Shown piece by piece: positions 14,921-24,000 of a DNA stretch of 24,000 bases. The DNA is taken from positions 442 to 24,441 of the forward strand of contig WQXI01000016.1 in NCBI GenBank assembly GCA_009784935.1, given 5' to 3'. Position numbers and translations under genes: made by a program. The stretch is from Treponema sp. (lineage in GTDB: Bacteria; Spirochaetota; Spirochaetia; Treponematales; Breznakiellaceae). How positions within the stretch are numbered: position 1 is the first letter of the stretch; each line of letters starts with the position of its first letter. The notes beneath the pieces were generated by a model. The model had not been told where the DNA came from. It was given only the letters and a program-made list of their open reading frames with translations, and did no database searches.

Positions 14921-16260
14921 TAACGAATGTCAGGTATAAAAACCTTCCTACGGTTGTTCTTGCAGGCCGTCCCAATGTGGGCAAGTCTACTCTCTTTAAC
15001 CGCCTGCTCAGAAAGCGAAGAGCAATTACAGATCCAACTCCGGGAGTAACGCGCGATCCTGTCGAAGCAGATTGTCTAATCGAAGGAAAGCCATTGCGTC
15101 TTATCGATACAGGCGGTTTTAAACTTGTAGACCTCGAAAGCATTGATAAACTTGTAGTAGAGAAAACATTAGAAACTATAAAAAAAAGCGATCTTGTTGT
15201 TTTGCTTTTAGAAGCTGGTGATATAACAAGCGAAGATGAAGAATTAATCGACCGCCTGCGTCCGTACCGAAAAAAATTGATTGTTACAGTTAATAAAACA
15301 GAAGGCGGCAGAATGCAGGCTGACTCCTGGAATGTTATGCAATTTGGATTTGATAAAGTTTTTATGATTTCTGCAGAACACGGCGACAATATCGGAGAGC
15401 TTCAGCAGGAAATATTAAAACGCCTTGATTTTTCCAAAGTAGAAGAAGACACAGAAGAGCAGGCTATCCGTATCGCGCTTTTGGGAAAACCAAACACCGG
15501 CAAATCAACATTATCAAACAGATTAACAGGAGCAAACGCTTCTATCGTAACAGATATTCCCGGGACTACAAGAGATACTGTAGAAGGCCGCTTTAAATGG
15601 AAATCAAAAAACTTTGTGATACTCGATACTGCGGGGATTCGGCGCAAGGCGAAAGTAACAGAAAACATCGAATATTATTCTGTTAACCGTGCGATAAAAA
15701 CAATCAATGACGCTGATATTATTGTTTTAATGATAGACGCAGAAGAGGGGCTCTCTGATCAGGATAAAAAAATCGCAGCTCTTGCTCACGATAAAGGAAG
15801 AGGTATTATACTAGCTTTAAATAAATGGGACATGATGCCTCAGGAAAAATATACTTTTAAAAATGCAGAAGACAGAATACATTTTCAGTTTGGGCAAATG
15901 GAATATGCGCCTATTATTCCCGTAAGCGCAAAAGACGGAACAGGCGTCGATAAAATTTTAAACACTGCGGTTAAAATGTACGGACAGCTTAATACTCATA
16001 TTGGCACATCGCAATTAAATCAAGCGCTGGAAAGATGGCTGCAGGAAAATCCACCGCCTTCCGGTCCTCGCACCCGCTTTAAAGTAAAGTACGCCGTACA
16101 AAAGTCCGCAAACCCTGTGCATTTTATCTTTTTTACTTCCCGCACAAGAGCTGTAAGCGATTCATATATTTCTTATATAAAAAATAAAATCCGCAAAGAC
16201 CTGGGATTTTCTCTTATTCCGGTGATACTGGAAATAAAGGATTCTACAGGAAGTAAATAA
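14917..16260 (+). CDS. der: Ribosome-assembly GTPase Der (EngA)
   Basis: Two GTPase domains with G1 motifs GRPNVGKST and GKPNTGKST, plus DTGG/DTAG and NKTE/NKWD. C-terminal KH-like domain. ATGA overlap with murJ and an AAGGAAG Shine-Dalgarno. Confidence 0.95.
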   Translation: MITNVRYKNLPTVVLAGRPNVGKSTLFNRLLRKRRAITDPTPGVTRDPVEADCLIEGKPLRLIDTGGFKLVDLESIDKLVVEKTLETIKKSDLVVLLLEAGDITSEDEELIDRLRPYRKKLIVTVNKTEGGRMQADSWNVMQFGFDKVFMISAEHGDNIGELQQEILKRLDFSKVEEDTEEQAIRIALLGKPNTGKSTLSNRLTGANASIVTDIPGTTRDTVEGRFKWKSKNFVILDTAGIRRKAKVTENIEYYSVNRAIKTINDADIIVLMIDAEEGLSDQDKKIAALAHDKGRGIILALNKWDMMPQEKYTFKNAEDRIHFQFGQMEYAPIIPVSAKDGTGVDKILNTAVKMYGQLNTHIGTSQLNQALERWLQENPPPSGPRTRFKVKYAVQKSANPVHFIFFTSRTRAVSDSYISYIKNKIRKDLGFSLIPVILEIKDSTGSK

Positions 16261-16268
16261 ATAACCAA

Positions 16269-16297
16269 TTGACATAATTCGGCTTTCGAGCCAAAAT
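16269..16297 (+). promoter_or_regulatory. Putative pgsA promoter
   Basis: TTGACA (16269-16274), 17 nt, CAAAAT (16292-16297), 5 nt, ATG 16303. There is no Shine-Dalgarno sequence. Confidence 0.4.
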
Positions 16298-16302
16298 GAA
16301 GT

Positions 16303-16878
16303 ATGAACATTGCAAACAAACTTACTCTGTTAAGAATCATCCTTGCTCCTGTTTTTTTTGTCATTTATTTAATACCCAACGCTTCTCCCAAGTGGACAAT
16401 ACCTGTTCTTTGGGCGATTTTTATCATATCAGAAATAACCGATTACTTTGACGGTTTAGCCGCAAGAAAACTTAATCAAGTAAGTGATTTTGGAAAACTC
16501 TTTGATCCTTTTGCCGACACCATCGTACAGATAACATGTTTCCTTTGTTTTTTAATCGATGGTATTTGGGGCGGAGGTCTGCTGCCGGTAATTCTTTTCC
16601 TTATAGTTGTCTACCGTGAGTTTGGCATTCTTTTTATCCGTAATTTAATGTTAAAAAAAGGAATAACTCTCGGCGCGAGTATATACGGAAAACTAAAAAC
16701 TGCCGCATATATCTGCGCTGTCGGCGCTGCTCTTCTTGCCGCAAGTTTAGAAAGGCTGGCTTTGTACGAATCATATCTTTTATATGTCAGACTAGGCTCT
16801 CTTGCAATATTCATTATCTCAGTAATAATCGCAGTCGTATCATTTTTTGACTATTTAATTAAATATAAAAAGAATTAA
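16303..16878 (+). CDS. pgsA: CDP-diacylglycerol--glycerol-3-phosphate 3-phosphatidyltransferase
   Basis: CDP-alcohol phosphatidyltransferase motif DYFDGLAARKLNQVSDFGKLFDPFADT (D-G-x2-A-R-x8-G-x3-D-x3-D). 191 aa, multiple TM helices. N-terminal NIANKLTLLRI. Confidence 0.85.
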   Translation: MNIANKLTLLRIILAPVFFVIYLIPNASPKWTIPVLWAIFIISEITDYFDGLAARKLNQVSDFGKLFDPFADTIVQITCFLCFLIDGIWGGGLLPVILFLIVVYREFGILFIRNLMLKKGITLGASIYGKLKTAAYICAVGAALLAASLERLALYESYLLYVRLGSLAIFIISVIIAVVSFFDYLIKYKKN

Positions 16879-16910
16879 TATAAAAGGTAATATATGTCAG
16901 CGGGCAGTAT

Positions 16911-18074
16911 ATGTTAGCAAGTAACATTAGAAAATTCAGCGCGCCGGGAAGAACAGAACTTGCTGGCAATCACACCGATCATAACCGCGGAAAAGTATTG
17001 GCGGCGGCTATTCAATTGGAAAACGCCGCTTCTGTTCAGCAGCGTGATGACAATATTGTATTTTTTAGATCTTCCGGTTTTTCTGATGTAGAAATTAACC
17101 TTGTTGACTCTAACGGTAAACCTGATTTAGATCCAAAACCGGAAGAAACCGGAAAGACAGAAGCGCTTATAAGAGGAATCGCGGCAGAACTCTATAAACG
17201 CGGCTCAAAAATCGGCGGATTTTCGGCTAACGCTGTTTCGACAGTGCTTCCCGGTTCCGGTCTTTCGTCATCAGCGGCATTAGAAGTTTTAATTGGACGC
17301 ATTTTTGACTGCCTTTACAGTGACGGAAAACGCAGTTTTTTAGAAATTGCGCAAATCGGCCAGATTGCAGAAAATGTCTATTTTGGAAAACCATGCGGTT
17401 TAATGGATCAGATCGCATGCGCTTCCGGCGGCGCTGTAGCTATTGATTTTGAAAACGCAGCTAACCCTGTTGTAGAACAAATCGAATTTGATCTTGCTGC
17501 TTTTGGATACATTCTTTGCGTAGTAAACACAGGCGGCAGTCACGCGGATTTAACCGCTGATTACGCTTCTATACCTGCAGAAATGAAATCTGTTGCCGCC
17601 TTCTTTGGAAAGTCAGTCCTTAGAGAGCTTGATAAAGACACTGTTATGTCCCGCGCCGCCGACATACGAAAAACTCTTGGAGACAGAGCTTTGCTTCGTT
17701 CGGTTCATTTCTTTGATGAAAACGAAAGAGTCGATTCAATGCTTAGCGCGATTAAATGCAAAAAAATAGATAGGTATCTAGAATTAGTTAATGAGTCGGG
17801 AGATTCCTCATGGAAACTTCTGCAAAATGTATATTCGCCGAACAACAATGCAGTTCAGGGTATTACAACCGCGCTTATGTTAACACAGGATTTTTCCCGA
17901 AAGCAAAAAATTTCAAATGCATTCAGAGTCCATGGCGGAGGTTTTGCAGGCACAATTCAAGTATACATGCCAAAAGACGCAATGCGCATTTACCTTCAAT
18001 ATATAGAAAATGTTTTTGGCAAAGGCGCTGTAACAGAACTAATGATAAGACAAGAAGGTGCTGTTGAGTTTTAA
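16911..18074 (+). CDS. Galactokinase-family GHMP kinase
   Basis: N-terminal APGRTELAGNHTDHNRG resembles the galactokinase signature GR.NLIGEHTDY. GHMP ATP motif PGSGLSSSAALEV. GLMDQ block. 387 aa. Sugar specificity not established. Confidence 0.75.
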   Translation: MLASNIRKFSAPGRTELAGNHTDHNRGKVLAAAIQLENAASVQQRDDNIVFFRSSGFSDVEINLVDSNGKPDLDPKPEETGKTEALIRGIAAELYKRGSKIGGFSANAVSTVLPGSGLSSSAALEVLIGRIFDCLYSDGKRSFLEIAQIGQIAENVYFGKPCGLMDQIACASGGAVAIDFENAANPVVEQIEFDLAAFGYILCVVNTGGSHADLTADYASIPAEMKSVAAFFGKSVLRELDKDTVMSRAADIRKTLGDRALLRSVHFFDENERVDSMLSAIKCKKIDRYLELVNESGDSSWKLLQNVYSPNNNAVQGITTALMLTQDFSRKQKISNAFRVHGGGFAGTIQVYMPKDAMRIYLQYIENVFGKGAVTELMIRQEGAVEF

Positions 18075-18092
18075 TAATTAATGTATTATAAT
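18064..18092 (+). promoter_or_regulatory. Putative promoter of the first hybrid kinase gene
   Basis: TTGAGT (18064-18069), 17 nt, TATAAT (18087-18092), 5 nt, ATG 18098. It overlaps the galK-like stop. There is no Shine-Dalgarno sequence. Confidence 0.4.
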
Positions 18093-18097
18093 TATCC

Positions 18098-20485
18098 ATG
18101 CCTAAAAAAAGGGAATTTTCCGAAGAATTAGAGAAACTTGCAGAAGCGGGCAAGACTGGCAACTTCAATATTACTCTAAATTACGAAGGTCTGACAAATG
18201 AAGAAAAACTTGATATTCTCCTGATCAACGAGGCTGTCCGCAATTTTAAAAACGCGACTGAATATGACTTGATGAAATACAAACTCACAAGCGACGCTCT
18301 TGGTATTGCGCTGTGGGATATGGATGTCGTAAGCTCAGATCCTATCAATCCTGACAATACTTTTACATGGTCAAAAGAATTCAGGCATATGCTTGGTTTT
18401 AATGATGAACGGGATTTTCCGAATGTCACGCATAGCTGGAGCGACAGGCTTCATCCAGAGGACAAGGAAATTACTCTTAATGCATTCGCCGCGCATCTTA
18501 ATGATTACTCAGGAAAAACGCCGTACGATATAGAATACCGCCTAATGCGCAAGAACGGGGAATACCGATATTATCATGCTTTTGGAACAACGCTCAGAGA
18601 TAAAAAAGGCGCTCCTCTCAGAGTAGCCGGAGCTTTAAGAGATATAAACGAAGAAAAAATATTAATTAAAGAAAGAACAGAAGCCGAAATAGCAAATCAG
18701 ACTAAATCAACTTTTCTTGCAAACATGAGCCACGAAATCCGTACTCCGATGAATGCGATTCTCGGCATTACAGATATTTTAATGATGCAAAAAGGATTGT
18801 CAGAAGAAACCGAATCCGGACTTGATCAAATTCATAATTCCTGCGATCTGCTTTTGGGCATTATAAATGACATACTTGACTTTTCCAAAATAGAAGCGGG
18901 AAAAATGGACATCATACCTGCTCAGTATATAATAGCAAGTTTAATAAATGATTCTGTGCACCTTAATATGATGCGAATGGACGGCAAACCTATCGAATTT
19001 GAACTGCAGGTAGACGAAAACCTTCCGGCAAAATTGTTCGGTGATGCGCTTCGTATAAAACAAATTTTAAACAACCTGCTGTCAAATGCGTTTAAATATA
19101 CAGAATCCGGCAAAGTTACCCTGTCTATTACAAGTGAACCAAAACCAGAATACGCATATATTGATCTTATTATAAGCGTTAGAGATACCGGCCACGGCAT
19201 GACAAGAGAACAAATGAGTACGCTGTATGAAGAATATTCCCGCTTTGATTTAAAAGCAAACACAATAGAAGGAACAGGTCTTGGACTCGCAATAACACAG
19301 CATTTGATACATTACATGAACGGCAGTATTAAGGTAGAAAGCGAACCGGGAAAGGGCTCTCTTTTTATTGTTAATCTTCCGCAAAAATTGATAGACAAAG
19401 ATGTTCTCGGAAAAGAACTGGCGGAAAATTTAAAACAATTCCGCAGAAACTTTGTTCCGCAAATGCAAAGAAGCCAGATTACACGCGACCCTATGCCGTA
19501 CGGAAGCGTATTAATAGTAGATGATGTAGAAACTAATCTTTATGTTGCCGCAGGTCTTTTAAAGCCGTATTTGCTTCAGATAGAGACTGTAACAAAAGGA
19601 CGCGATGTAATTAATAAAATAAACAGCGGCAAAGTGTATGATATTATTTTTATGGATCACATGATGCCGGAAATGGACGGAATAGAGACAACTCAAAAAA
19701 TACGGGAACTTGGTTATACGCATACAATTGTCGCGCTTACGGCAAACGCAGTTGTCGGACAAGCGGAGATGTTTTTACAGAATGGATTTGACGATTTTAT
19801 TTCTAAACCGATAGATATACGCCAGTTAAATTTTATTTTAAATAAACATATCCGCGACAGACAACCGCCTGATGTAATCGAAGCTGTCTACAAACACATG
19901 AGCGAAATCTCATCCAGCGAGTATCTTAGTCCTGTAGATTCGCTTTTGCTGGAATCATTTACAAGAGACGCAAAAAAAACAGCCGATCTTTTGGATGAGC
20001 TGTTTGATGCCCAAAAACTAGAAGAGAACGATGACGATTTAAAAAAGTTTACAGTTGCTGTTCATGGCATAAAAAGCGCATTAAAAAGCATAAACGAAAC
20101 AAAACTTTCTGAGCTGGCTTTTGTACTGGAAACTGCAGGCAGAGCGCTAGATACCGATCTTATAAAAGCGTCGGCTCCCGAGTTCTTAATCGAACTGCGC
20201 GCATTAATAAAATATCTTGAACTAAAATTAGATTCTGATAACGCTCAAAATGAGGTTTCTGCCGAGAATGAAAACATTAATGACCTGCGTAATAAACTGC
20301 AAATTTTAATAAAATTATGCGCAGATTTTGACAGGAAAGGTGTGCTAGAATTAATAGCTGGGATGAATTTTTGTTCCAAAAAAACAAGGGGAGTTCTGGA
20401 TATTATAAAGGAATTTGTTTTGCATAGCGAGTTTGAAAAAGCAGGAAATACTGCGAAAAAATATTTTGATAAAGTGCAGCTTTAG
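18098..20485 (+). CDS. Cytoplasmic hybrid sensor histidine kinase/response regulator (PAS-HisKA-HATPase-REC-HPt)
   Basis: No TM segment. PAS-like region LWDMDV..WSDRLHPEDKE..YRLMRKNGEYRYY. H-box FLANMSHEIRTPMNAI (His codon 18731-18733). N/G boxes NLLSNAFKYT, DTGHGM, GTGLGLAI. REC domain VLIVDDVETN..IIFMDHMMPEMDG (Asp codon 19655-19657)..ALTANA..KP. HPt-like VAVHGIKSA (His codon 20063-20065). Confidence 0.9.
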   Translation: MPKKREFSEELEKLAEAGKTGNFNITLNYEGLTNEEKLDILLINEAVRNFKNATEYDLMKYKLTSDALGIALWDMDVVSSDPINPDNTFTWSKEFRHMLGFNDERDFPNVTHSWSDRLHPEDKEITLNAFAAHLNDYSGKTPYDIEYRLMRKNGEYRYYHAFGTTLRDKKGAPLRVAGALRDINEEKILIKERTEAEIANQTKSTFLANMSHEIRTPMNAILGITDILMMQKGLSEETESGLDQIHNSCDLLLGIINDILDFSKIEAGKMDIIPAQYIIASLINDSVHLNMMRMDGKPIEFELQVDENLPAKLFGDALRIKQILNNLLSNAFKYTESGKVTLSITSEPKPEYAYIDLIISVRDTGHGMTREQMSTLYEEYSRFDLKANTIEGTGLGLAITQHLIHYMNGSIKVESEPGKGSLFIVNLPQKLIDKDVLGKELAENLKQFRRNFVPQMQRSQITRDPMPYGSVLIVDDVETNLYVAAGLLKPYLLQIETVTKGRDVINKINSGKVYDIIFMDHMMPEMDGIETTQKIRELGYTHTIVALTANAVVGQAEMFLQNGFDDFISKPIDIRQLNFILNKHIRDRQPPDVIEAVYKHMSEISSSEYLSPVDSLLLESFTRDAKKTADLLDELFDAQKLEENDDDLKKFTVAVHGIKSALKSINETKLSELAFVLETAGRALDTDLIKASAPEFLIELRALIKYLELKLDSDNAQNEVSAENENINDLRNKLQILIKLCADFDRKGVLELIAGMNFCSKKTRGVLDIIKEFVLHSEFEKAGNTAKKYFDKVQL

Positions 20486-20494
20486 GAGAATCAT

Positions 20495-23400
20495 ATGTTC
20501 ATTACAAAACATTTCTTTCGTTTGATATTAATTACATTATTCTTAACTCTTCCTGTTTGTTTTATGAACTGTAAAAAAACAACAGAACATCAATCTGCGG
20601 CATTTGAATCATTTATAAATATACCCGGTATAACAACGGAAGAAATTGCGGCTATTAATGAGCTAAAGAATGAATATAACAAATTTGTTTTTAGCGTGCT
20701 GCCGTCTACAACAGCATTTCTTGACAGCAGCGGTGAGATAGGAGGATTCTTTGCACTGTTCTGCGATTGGCTTACCGGTTTATTCGGCATTTCGTTTGTG
20801 CCGGAGTATGTTGAATGGAACGATTTTCTTGCCAAGCTTGCAAGTTTCGAAGTTGATTTTACAGGCGCAATGACACCAACAGAAGAACGGTTAAAAACTT
20901 ATTATATGACATCACCGATTGCAATGCAGATAATCAAATCTTACCAAATTACAGGGAGCGAATCCATAGAAAATATAACACAGAGACGCCTCCCAAGGTA
21001 TGCTTTTATTCTAGATACTTCCATAATAAATGATATAGCTGCCGCTGTTGGAAGCGATACATTCGAAACTATACTTGTAAGAAGCACTGACGAAGCATAC
21101 GAATTTTTAAAAACCGGACAAGCTGATGCTTTTCTTTACTCCGATGCTGTCGAGGTTTCCTTTGATAAATTCGGAGACGTTACTGCCAAAGATTTTTTTC
21201 CATTAATTTATAACCCTGTATCGCTTGCAACACAGAATCCAAAACTAAATCCGATAATTACTGCGGTTCAAAAAGCTCTTGATAACGGAGCGCACAGCAG
21301 CCTGACTACAATATATAATCAAGGGCATAAGGAATACCAAAGAAACAAACTGCGCAATCAGTTTACAGAAGAAGAGCGCGAATATATTAGAAACAATCCT
21401 GTTATTCCTGTCGGAGCAATTTATAGCAACTATCCTGTCAGCTTCTTTAACAATAGAGAAAATGAGTTCCAGGGGATATTCTTTGATTTACTTGACGAGA
21501 TAGAATCAATGACAGGTTTAGTTTTTAAACTTGCAAATGATCAGTACACAGAATGGGGAACAATACAGGAAATGCTAAGAAACAAAGAAGTCTTTTTTGT
21601 ATCTGATATGATCTGGACAAGAGCCCGCGAAGAATATTTTATATGGTCGGAGACTTCGATACATAATGATAGTTATGCGCTTATTTCTAAACTGGATTTT
21701 CCCAATGTTTCGACTAACGAAATCCTTAACTCAAAAATCGGCTTGACGCGGGAAACTGCCTATACTGCTATGTTCAAGCAATGGTTTCCCGGACATGAGA
21801 ACACGATAGAATATAACGGTATCGAAGAAACTTTTAATGCTATGCGCAACAATAAAGTGGACATGGTTATGACTACAGAAAGAAGGCTCATGTTTCTTAC
21901 GCATTATCAGGAACTTTCCGGATATAAAGTAAATTATGTTTTTAATCAGAGCATAAGCACAAGGTTTGGATTTAATAAAGATGGAGAAGTATTACGCTCA
22001 ATTATTGACAAGGCGCTCAATACTATTGATACAGAAGGAATCTCCAACCAATGGATGCGCAAGACTTTTGATTACCGCGCAAAGGTTTTAGAAGCGCAGC
22101 GCCCGCTGCTGTATGGGTCTTTGGTTTTGGGTGCATGCGTTATTTCTCTGCTTGTCATTTTATTTATAAGGAGCCGCTATACAGGTAAACAGCTGGAAGC
22201 TCTTGTAAAAGAAAAAACACGCGATTTAGCGGATAGTTATAATTATGCGCAAAAAGCGCGCGAAGAAGCGGAGCATGCAAACCGCGCAAAGTCTTCTTTT
22301 CTTGCAAACATGAGCCACGAAATACGCACACCGATGAACGCCATAATGGGAGTTACCGATATATTAATGCAGAACGAAAAACTTCCCAGCGAAATAGAAG
22401 ACGGACTGGAAATGATTTTTGCATCAAGCGAAATGCTTTTGGGTATTATCAATGACATATTGGATTTTTCTAAAATAGAAGCGGGCAAACTGGACATTAT
22501 TCCAGCTCCTTATCAAGTTGCCAGCATGATCAATGACGCAGTGCATTTAAACATGATGAGGATCGGAAACAGGCCTATTCAATTTGAATTAAAAATTGAT
22601 GAATCCATTCCTGCAGAACTTATAGGCGACGAACTTCGCATAAAACAAATTTTAAATAACGCTCTCTCTAATGCTTTTAAATATACAGATTCCGGCAAAG
22701 TAACAATGTCAATTTCGGCTAAATCCGACAGAGGCGGTAAAAACACAACGCTTGTTTTCTGCATTCAAGACACAGGCCATGGTATGACAAACGAACAGCT
22801 TAAAAGACTGTTTGAAGAATACTCGCGTTTTAGTGAAAACACTAAACGCACCATAGAAGGCACAGGATTAGGTTTTTCTATTATGCAGAGGCTGGTTAAT
22901 CTTATGAACGGCTCAATTAATGTAGAGAGCGAACCGGATAGAGGAACCTCAGTCACAGTCCAACTGCCGCAGATAATAGCGGAAGGCAGCGCAATGCTTG
23001 GGCAGGATATTATCGATAATTTACGGCGTTTCCAAATCAATAATATAGTACACAAAAGAAATATAAGATTTAAACGCGAACCTATGCCTTACGGCAGAGT
23101 TCTGATTGTTGATGACACAGAGACTAATCTTTTTGTCGCAGAAAGGCTTATGAGACTTTATAAACTGCAGATCGAAACTGCTGTAAACGGAAGAGAAGCC
23201 GTTGATAAAATTACAAACGGAAACACATATGATATTATCTTTATGGATCATATGATGCCGGAAATGGATGGTATAGAAGCAACTAAAAAAATTCGTGAGT
23301 GGGAAGCCGAACAGAATGCAAAAATAAAAAGCAAGAGTTTTACCGCGGATGAAAGCATGGAGTCTCCGAAGGAAACTCAAAGCAACAATGGGAAACCGCA

Positions 23401-24000
23401 CATGCGAACTCCTATTGTTGCACTAACCGCTAATGCAGTGGTAGGTCAGGCAGATGTATTTTTGAAAAACGGCTTTGACGCTTTTATATCCAAACCGCTC
23501 GATATTAACCAACTGGATATTACGCTGAATAAAATGATACGCGATAAACAACCGCCGGAAGTTATCGAAGCTGCACGCAGAGAACAAGCGGCTGAACAGG
23601 ACATACCTGCCGAACAAACAGATACAGAGCCTCTTTTATTGGAATCATTTATTAGAGACGCGCAAAAAGCAGTAACTTTATTAAAAGAACTAATTAAGGA
23701 TTCTGCCTATAAAAATAACGATAATCTGCAAAAATACATCACTTGTGTTCATGGTATGGGAAGTTCTCTATTGGCTGTAAACGAAAAAGAGCTGTCCGGT
23801 AAAGCACGAAGGCTTGAACAGGCAGGCCGTGATAAAGATTTTGATCTTATCTCCGCTTCTTCTCCGGAATTAATAAATGATTTATGCCTTTTATTAGAAA
23901 AAATCAAACCCGCGCATAAAGAAGAAACCACAGATGATAATATCGAAGAGCTCCTGAAAATTTTACCTGCTCTAATAGAAAAACTGTCTGATTATAACAG
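20495..24000 (+). CDS. BvgS/EvgS-like hybrid sensor kinase, 3' end outside the window (2x periplasmic solute-binding domain - TM - HisKA - HATPase - REC - HPt)
   Basis: Not in the supplied ORF track because no stop occurs before 24000. I translated it manually and the frame is open from ATG 20495 (AGGAGA Shine-Dalgarno at 20484-20489). Signal/anchor FRLILITLFLTLPVC. Two SBP type-3-like modules (..TPTEERLKTYYMTSPI.. and ..WTRAREEYFIWSETSI..). TM LLYGSLVLGACVISLLVILFI. H-box FLANMSHEIRTPMNAI (His codon 22316-22318). REC Asp codon 23246-23248. HPt-like CVHGMGSS (His codon 23750-23752). Confidence 0.9.
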   Translation, partial: MFITKHFFRLILITLFLTLPVCFMNCKKTTEHQSAAFESFINIPGITTEEIAAINELKNEYNKFVFSVLPSTTAFLDSSGEIGGFFALFCDWLTGLFGISFVPEYVEWNDFLAKLASFEVDFTGAMTPTEERLKTYYMTSPIAMQIIKSYQITGSESIENITQRRLPRYAFILDTSIINDIAAAVGSDTFETILVRSTDEAYEFLKTGQADAFLYSDAVEVSFDKFGDVTAKDFFPLIYNPVSLATQNPKLNPIITAVQKALDNGAHSSLTTIYNQGHKEYQRNKLRNQFTEEEREYIRNNPVIPVGAIYSNYPVSFFNNRENEFQGIFFDLLDEIESMTGLVFKLANDQYTEWGTIQEMLRNKEVFFVSDMIWTRAREEYFIWSETSIHNDSYALISKLDFPNVSTNEILNSKIGLTRETAYTAMFKQWFPGHENTIEYNGIEETFNAMRNNKVDMVMTTERRLMFLTHYQELSGYKVNYVFNQSISTRFGFNKDGEVLRSIIDKALNTIDTEGISNQWMRKTFDYRAKVLEAQRPLLYGSLVLGACVISLLVILFIRSRYTGKQLEALVKEKTRDLADSYNYAQKAREEAEHANRAKSSFLANMSHEIRTPMNAIMGVTDILMQNEKLPSEIEDGLEMIFASSEMLLGIINDILDFSKIEAGKLDIIPAPYQVASMINDAVHLNMMRIGNRPIQFELKIDESIPAELIGDELRIKQILNNALSNAFKYTDSGKVTMSISAKSDRGGKNTTLVFCIQDTGHGMTNEQLKRLFEEYSRFSENTKRTIEGTGLGFSIMQRLVNLMNGSINVESEPDRGTSVTVQLPQIIAEGSAMLGQDIIDNLRRFQINNIVHKRNIRFKREPMPYGRVLIVDDTETNLFVAERLMRLYKLQIETAVNGREAVDKITNGNTYDIIFMDHMMPEMDGIEATKKIREWEAEQNAKIKSKSFTADESMESPKETQSNNGKPHMRTPIVALTANAVVGQADVFLKNGFDAFISKPLDINQLDITLNKMIRDKQPPEVIEAARREQAAEQDIPAEQTDTEPLLLESFIRDAQKAVTLLKELIKDSAYKNNDNLQKYITCVHGMGSSLLAVNEKELSGKARRLEQAGRDKDFDLISASSPELINDLCLLLEKIKPAHKEETTDDNIEELLKILPALIEKLSDYN

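Noticed and set aside
14895-15668. Minus-strand ORFs 14895..15389 and 15402..15668
   Set aside because: They are antisense to the strongly supported der gene. They are Ser/Arg-rich shadow frames.
20590-23931. Several minus-strand ORFs (20590..20835, 22243..22497, 22579..22764, 22765..23055, 23021..23401, 23423..23617, 23749..23931)
   Set aside because: All lie antisense to one continuous plus-strand reading frame (20495 to beyond 24000) encoding a recognisable hybrid kinase. That frame is missing from the ORF track only because it has no stop in the window.

Overview
This window is mostly a housekeeping chromosomal segment. Protein sequences (GroEL ending [11 protein letters not shown], MurJ, Der, ThyA) look spirochaete or Treponema-like, but that is recollection and cannot be verified here. 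I found no rRNA, CRISPR array, transposase or integrase.

Gene layout:
- Left edge (1-1400): visibly AT-rich. It holds a frameshifted zinc-ribbon membrane-protein gene and a hicAB toxin-antitoxin pair, just upstream of tRNA-Leu(UAA).
- Plus strand: trpB2-like PLP enzyme, a small secreted protein, a NUDIX hydrolase, a YdbC/PC4-like protein, stand-alone groL, murJ-der, pgsA-galK-like, and two tandem paralogous hybrid histidine kinases. The second kinase is BvgS-like and runs off the window.
- Minus strand: a long apparent operon, hemerythrin-thyA-folA-nucleotidyltransferase-DUF368-mnmA, and a lipoprotein + LysM pair.

The unusual content is at the repeat and regulatory level, not in the gene set:
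1. A palindromic repeat family built from CACGGAG/CTCCGTG heptamers has copies on both sides of groL. One copy sits in frame inside folA, adding about 31 residues to dihydrofolate reductase.
2. A 15-bp dyad-symmetric tandem repeat (about 4.7 copies) lies at the DUF368/mnmA junction. If translated, it encodes (CARTV)n ahead of the MnmA PP-loop.
3. A 25-bp tandem repeat lies in the thyA-folA spacer.
4. Three related perfect stem-loops lie between convergent genes.
5. Six first-in-operon genes lack a Shine-Dalgarno sequence and have a -10-like box 5-7 nt upstream of the start codon, which suggests leaderless mRNAs.

I do not see a clear novel multi-gene system.
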